The notes under the pieces: generated by a model
What the model was told of the DNA's origin: nothing
The model's database searches: none
The model's input: the letters and a program-made list of their open reading frames with translations, nothing else
NCBI GenBank assembly: GCA_963693365.1
Contig: CAVNZM010000002.1
Span: forward strand, 8,033,059-8,097,058
Direction: 5' to 3'
From: Amoebidium appalachense
Lineage: Eukaryota; Protista; Ichthyosporea
Length of the DNA stretch: 64,000 bases
In this document: positions 62,008 to 64,000 of the stretch, piece after piece
Position numbering within the stretch: position 1 is the stretch's first letter
Layout: the number at the start of each line of letters is the position of its first letter
Program-made: the position numbers and the translations under genes

Positions 62008-62323
62008 GCTGGAAGCAGTGTTGTGGTAGGGCATCCATGTGGACCGTGTGCTGTTTAAATTCGTTGCATGTGTGTGTGTGAGTGCGTGTGTGTCTGTGTG
62101 TATGCCGTTCTGGTAGTGTTTTTGATAATAGTGGGTGTATTTGTCACGGTGGTAATTGGGGAGATGTGTGGCCCCCCGGTGACGGCGGCCGGGAAGGGGG
62201 GGAGGGGGGTGGGGGGGGGGGGATGGGAATTTGGATGCATTGTTTATCAGGCTCATGGTTTTTTTTTTCCCCACAGCACCACGGTCCCTACCATCCTCCC
62301 CTGAGATCAGACGACGGAGCTTG
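57149..62323 (+). CDS. Hypothetical Ser/Arg-rich protein with many short exons; 3' end uncertain
   Basis: Mostly phase-consistent chain: MTTRRSIEEWAPVYLQI (57149-57198), TQVERQEAEALARKTSIDARR, RSTLDHELR..SQTE, ..RRRSSIADYLTNKVSNITNFLRKGSK, GGVCQD..PQL, GLKRATSAHSLNL, ESVSECE..PLR, HPATLRKSPSGQIF, APRSLPSSPEIRRRSL. The 58100-58790 part is ambiguous. No domain recognised. Confidence 0.55.
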
Positions 62324-62385
62324 GTGAGAATTCGTCACCCCTCACACCCCCTCCCCCCCCCCCCCCCCCCCCCCTCCTCCCCCCC

Positions 62386-62434
<49 letters not shown>

Positions 62435-62710
62435 CCTTTTCCCCCCTCCCCCCCACCACACACACACCCCTCCCCCCTCGCTTTTTGATTCCTTCTCTAT
62501 GGAGAATCGGTTGTGGATGTGGTTTGGTGGGCATACATCAAGATTATACACGTGTGCACCCAGGCACACACTGAGGCACACTTGCATGTGCAACCAGGCA
62601 CACGTTCGTGTGCACTTTACACACAGCACTCAACACTTGCATACACATATATCAGTCCCCCCTTCCCCCCCTCCCATTCCAACCCCCGACGCACGCGCGC
62701 GCACACACAC

Positions 62711-62767
<57 letters not shown>

Positions 62768-63405
62768 TAGCACGTGTATCCACACGCCCACGCACACACT
62801 AACGAATTCACACACCAGCAAGGACGTTCACACACACGTGGAGTGTAAGGACAAGTACACACACACAGAACTGTGCACACACCCACACGTGCCCACAGGC
62901 ACACACGTGACCACACAACGACACGCAAACACACGGGCATATCTGCACACATAACTACGCTTTGAAACCAACACAGAGCACAGCTTTTTCTCTCGATATA
63001 ACCACTTCCGACTCCGCTCCCGTTCTGCTGCATTCCAACTTCCCCCCCTCCCCCCGCCCCCCGCCTTCCCCCTCCCCCACTTTATTTATATTTTGTGTAC
63101 GCTTTGTGTGTATGCACATGTCTACGCTGTTGTTCATTTAGCAAGTCGTTATTTGAGCTCCTTTTTAGCACATTCCACAACCGCCCCCCCCCCCCCCCCC
63201 CCCCTCCCCCCAAAGTTCTGCCCTAGTAAGCGTGTTACTACCCTGCGGCGTGGGTCAAATCTCATATTTTCCCCTCTGATTGCGAATTCTGCGGCCTTCG
63301 GGACTTAATTCTTTTCAGCTGGTGTAGTATGTTAGCCAGGGAAGTATCGACTTAGGTAGCGACGGGGGAGCTTCCTAGAAGCCCCGTCTCCTGAGTTCCT
63401 ATCTA

Positions 63406-63707
63406 TATTTTTCTTGCTTCTGCTTACTGCTGCAACTGTAACCCCCGGCCTTTCCCACTGCCCTTGCTTGCATAAACAACCCTGCTCGTCTCTGATCAAG
63501 ACGGGTGACCTACCCATGTTCAAGTGAAACAGTATCTGAGTTGGGTTTCGTTAACGAGGTGAATAGGTCGAAACTCGGGTATTGTGGATGACGTGGGGCC
63601 TCCCTGAGGATGGGCTCTGCTTATTATGCATACTCTTTATGTATGGCTTGCATTCTGCATCGTGTTATCTGTTTTGTTCTTGTGTACTTCGTACTTTTTG
63701 ACGAATT
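63406..63707 (+). mobile_element. Copy C of the poly(C)-ended dispersed family (may extend 5' towards 63212)
   Basis: Near-identical to 52843-53147; ends GACGAATT then poly(C). Confidence 0.85.
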
Positions 63708-64000
63708 CCCCCCCCCCCCCCCCCCCCCCCTCTTCTCCCCCTCCTCCCCACCCCTGTGTTTTTGCCTCTCCCTGTTGGAAAAACCCCCTAGACATGCTTG
63801 AAATTCATCGCTAACACGCTGCCACACAGAACCAAACACCTGCTAGCACCTACCGCACTTATAACAACACCGAGGTGTTTCAGGCCGAACAAGGTAAAGG
63901 TTAAACCCCTGCACGTGTGTGCGTGTGTGGGTTGGCTTCTGCCTAAATCATCGATTTACATCTCACTGATTAAATCCCCCCCTCCCCCCCCCCCCCCCCC

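Overview
Eukaryotic, intron-rich genomic DNA (GT-AG introns, CTRAC-like branch points) with very many poly(G)/poly(C), (CA)n, (GA)n and (CGTG)n tracts. Most entries in the six-frame ORF track are microsatellite artefacts, and I cannot identify the species. Well supported: an apparently intact minus-strand Ngaro/DIRS-type tyrosine-recombinase (YR) retrotransposon (2281-7961; gag, RT/RNase H, YR, split direct repeats A1..B1A2..B2), an 8-exon secreted subtilisin (S8) gene, a multi-exon membrane C3HC4 RING gene, a C2H2 zinc-finger ORF, a frameshifted OTU protease domain, and hAT-type and Kolobok-type MITEs with perfect TSDs. Less certain: LINE fragments and two Ser/Arg-rich hypothetical spliced genes. 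Best leads for novelty: (1) a dispersed, 5'-truncated, structured element family (5 clear and 2 degenerate copies) whose shared 3' end runs into poly(C) or C-rich sequence rather than poly(A) and which sits inside C tracts, suggesting a poly(C/G)-targeted or C-tailed retroelement; (2) the YR element's reconstructed empty site is a 14-bp perfect palindrome inside a longer hairpin, and its internal B1/A2 junction looks like an att site; (3) its YR gene has no start codon and begins at a host-like 3' splice site after an intron-like spacer; (4) intronic tandem repeats built from splice-site sequences in two host genes. All alignments and folds were done by eye.
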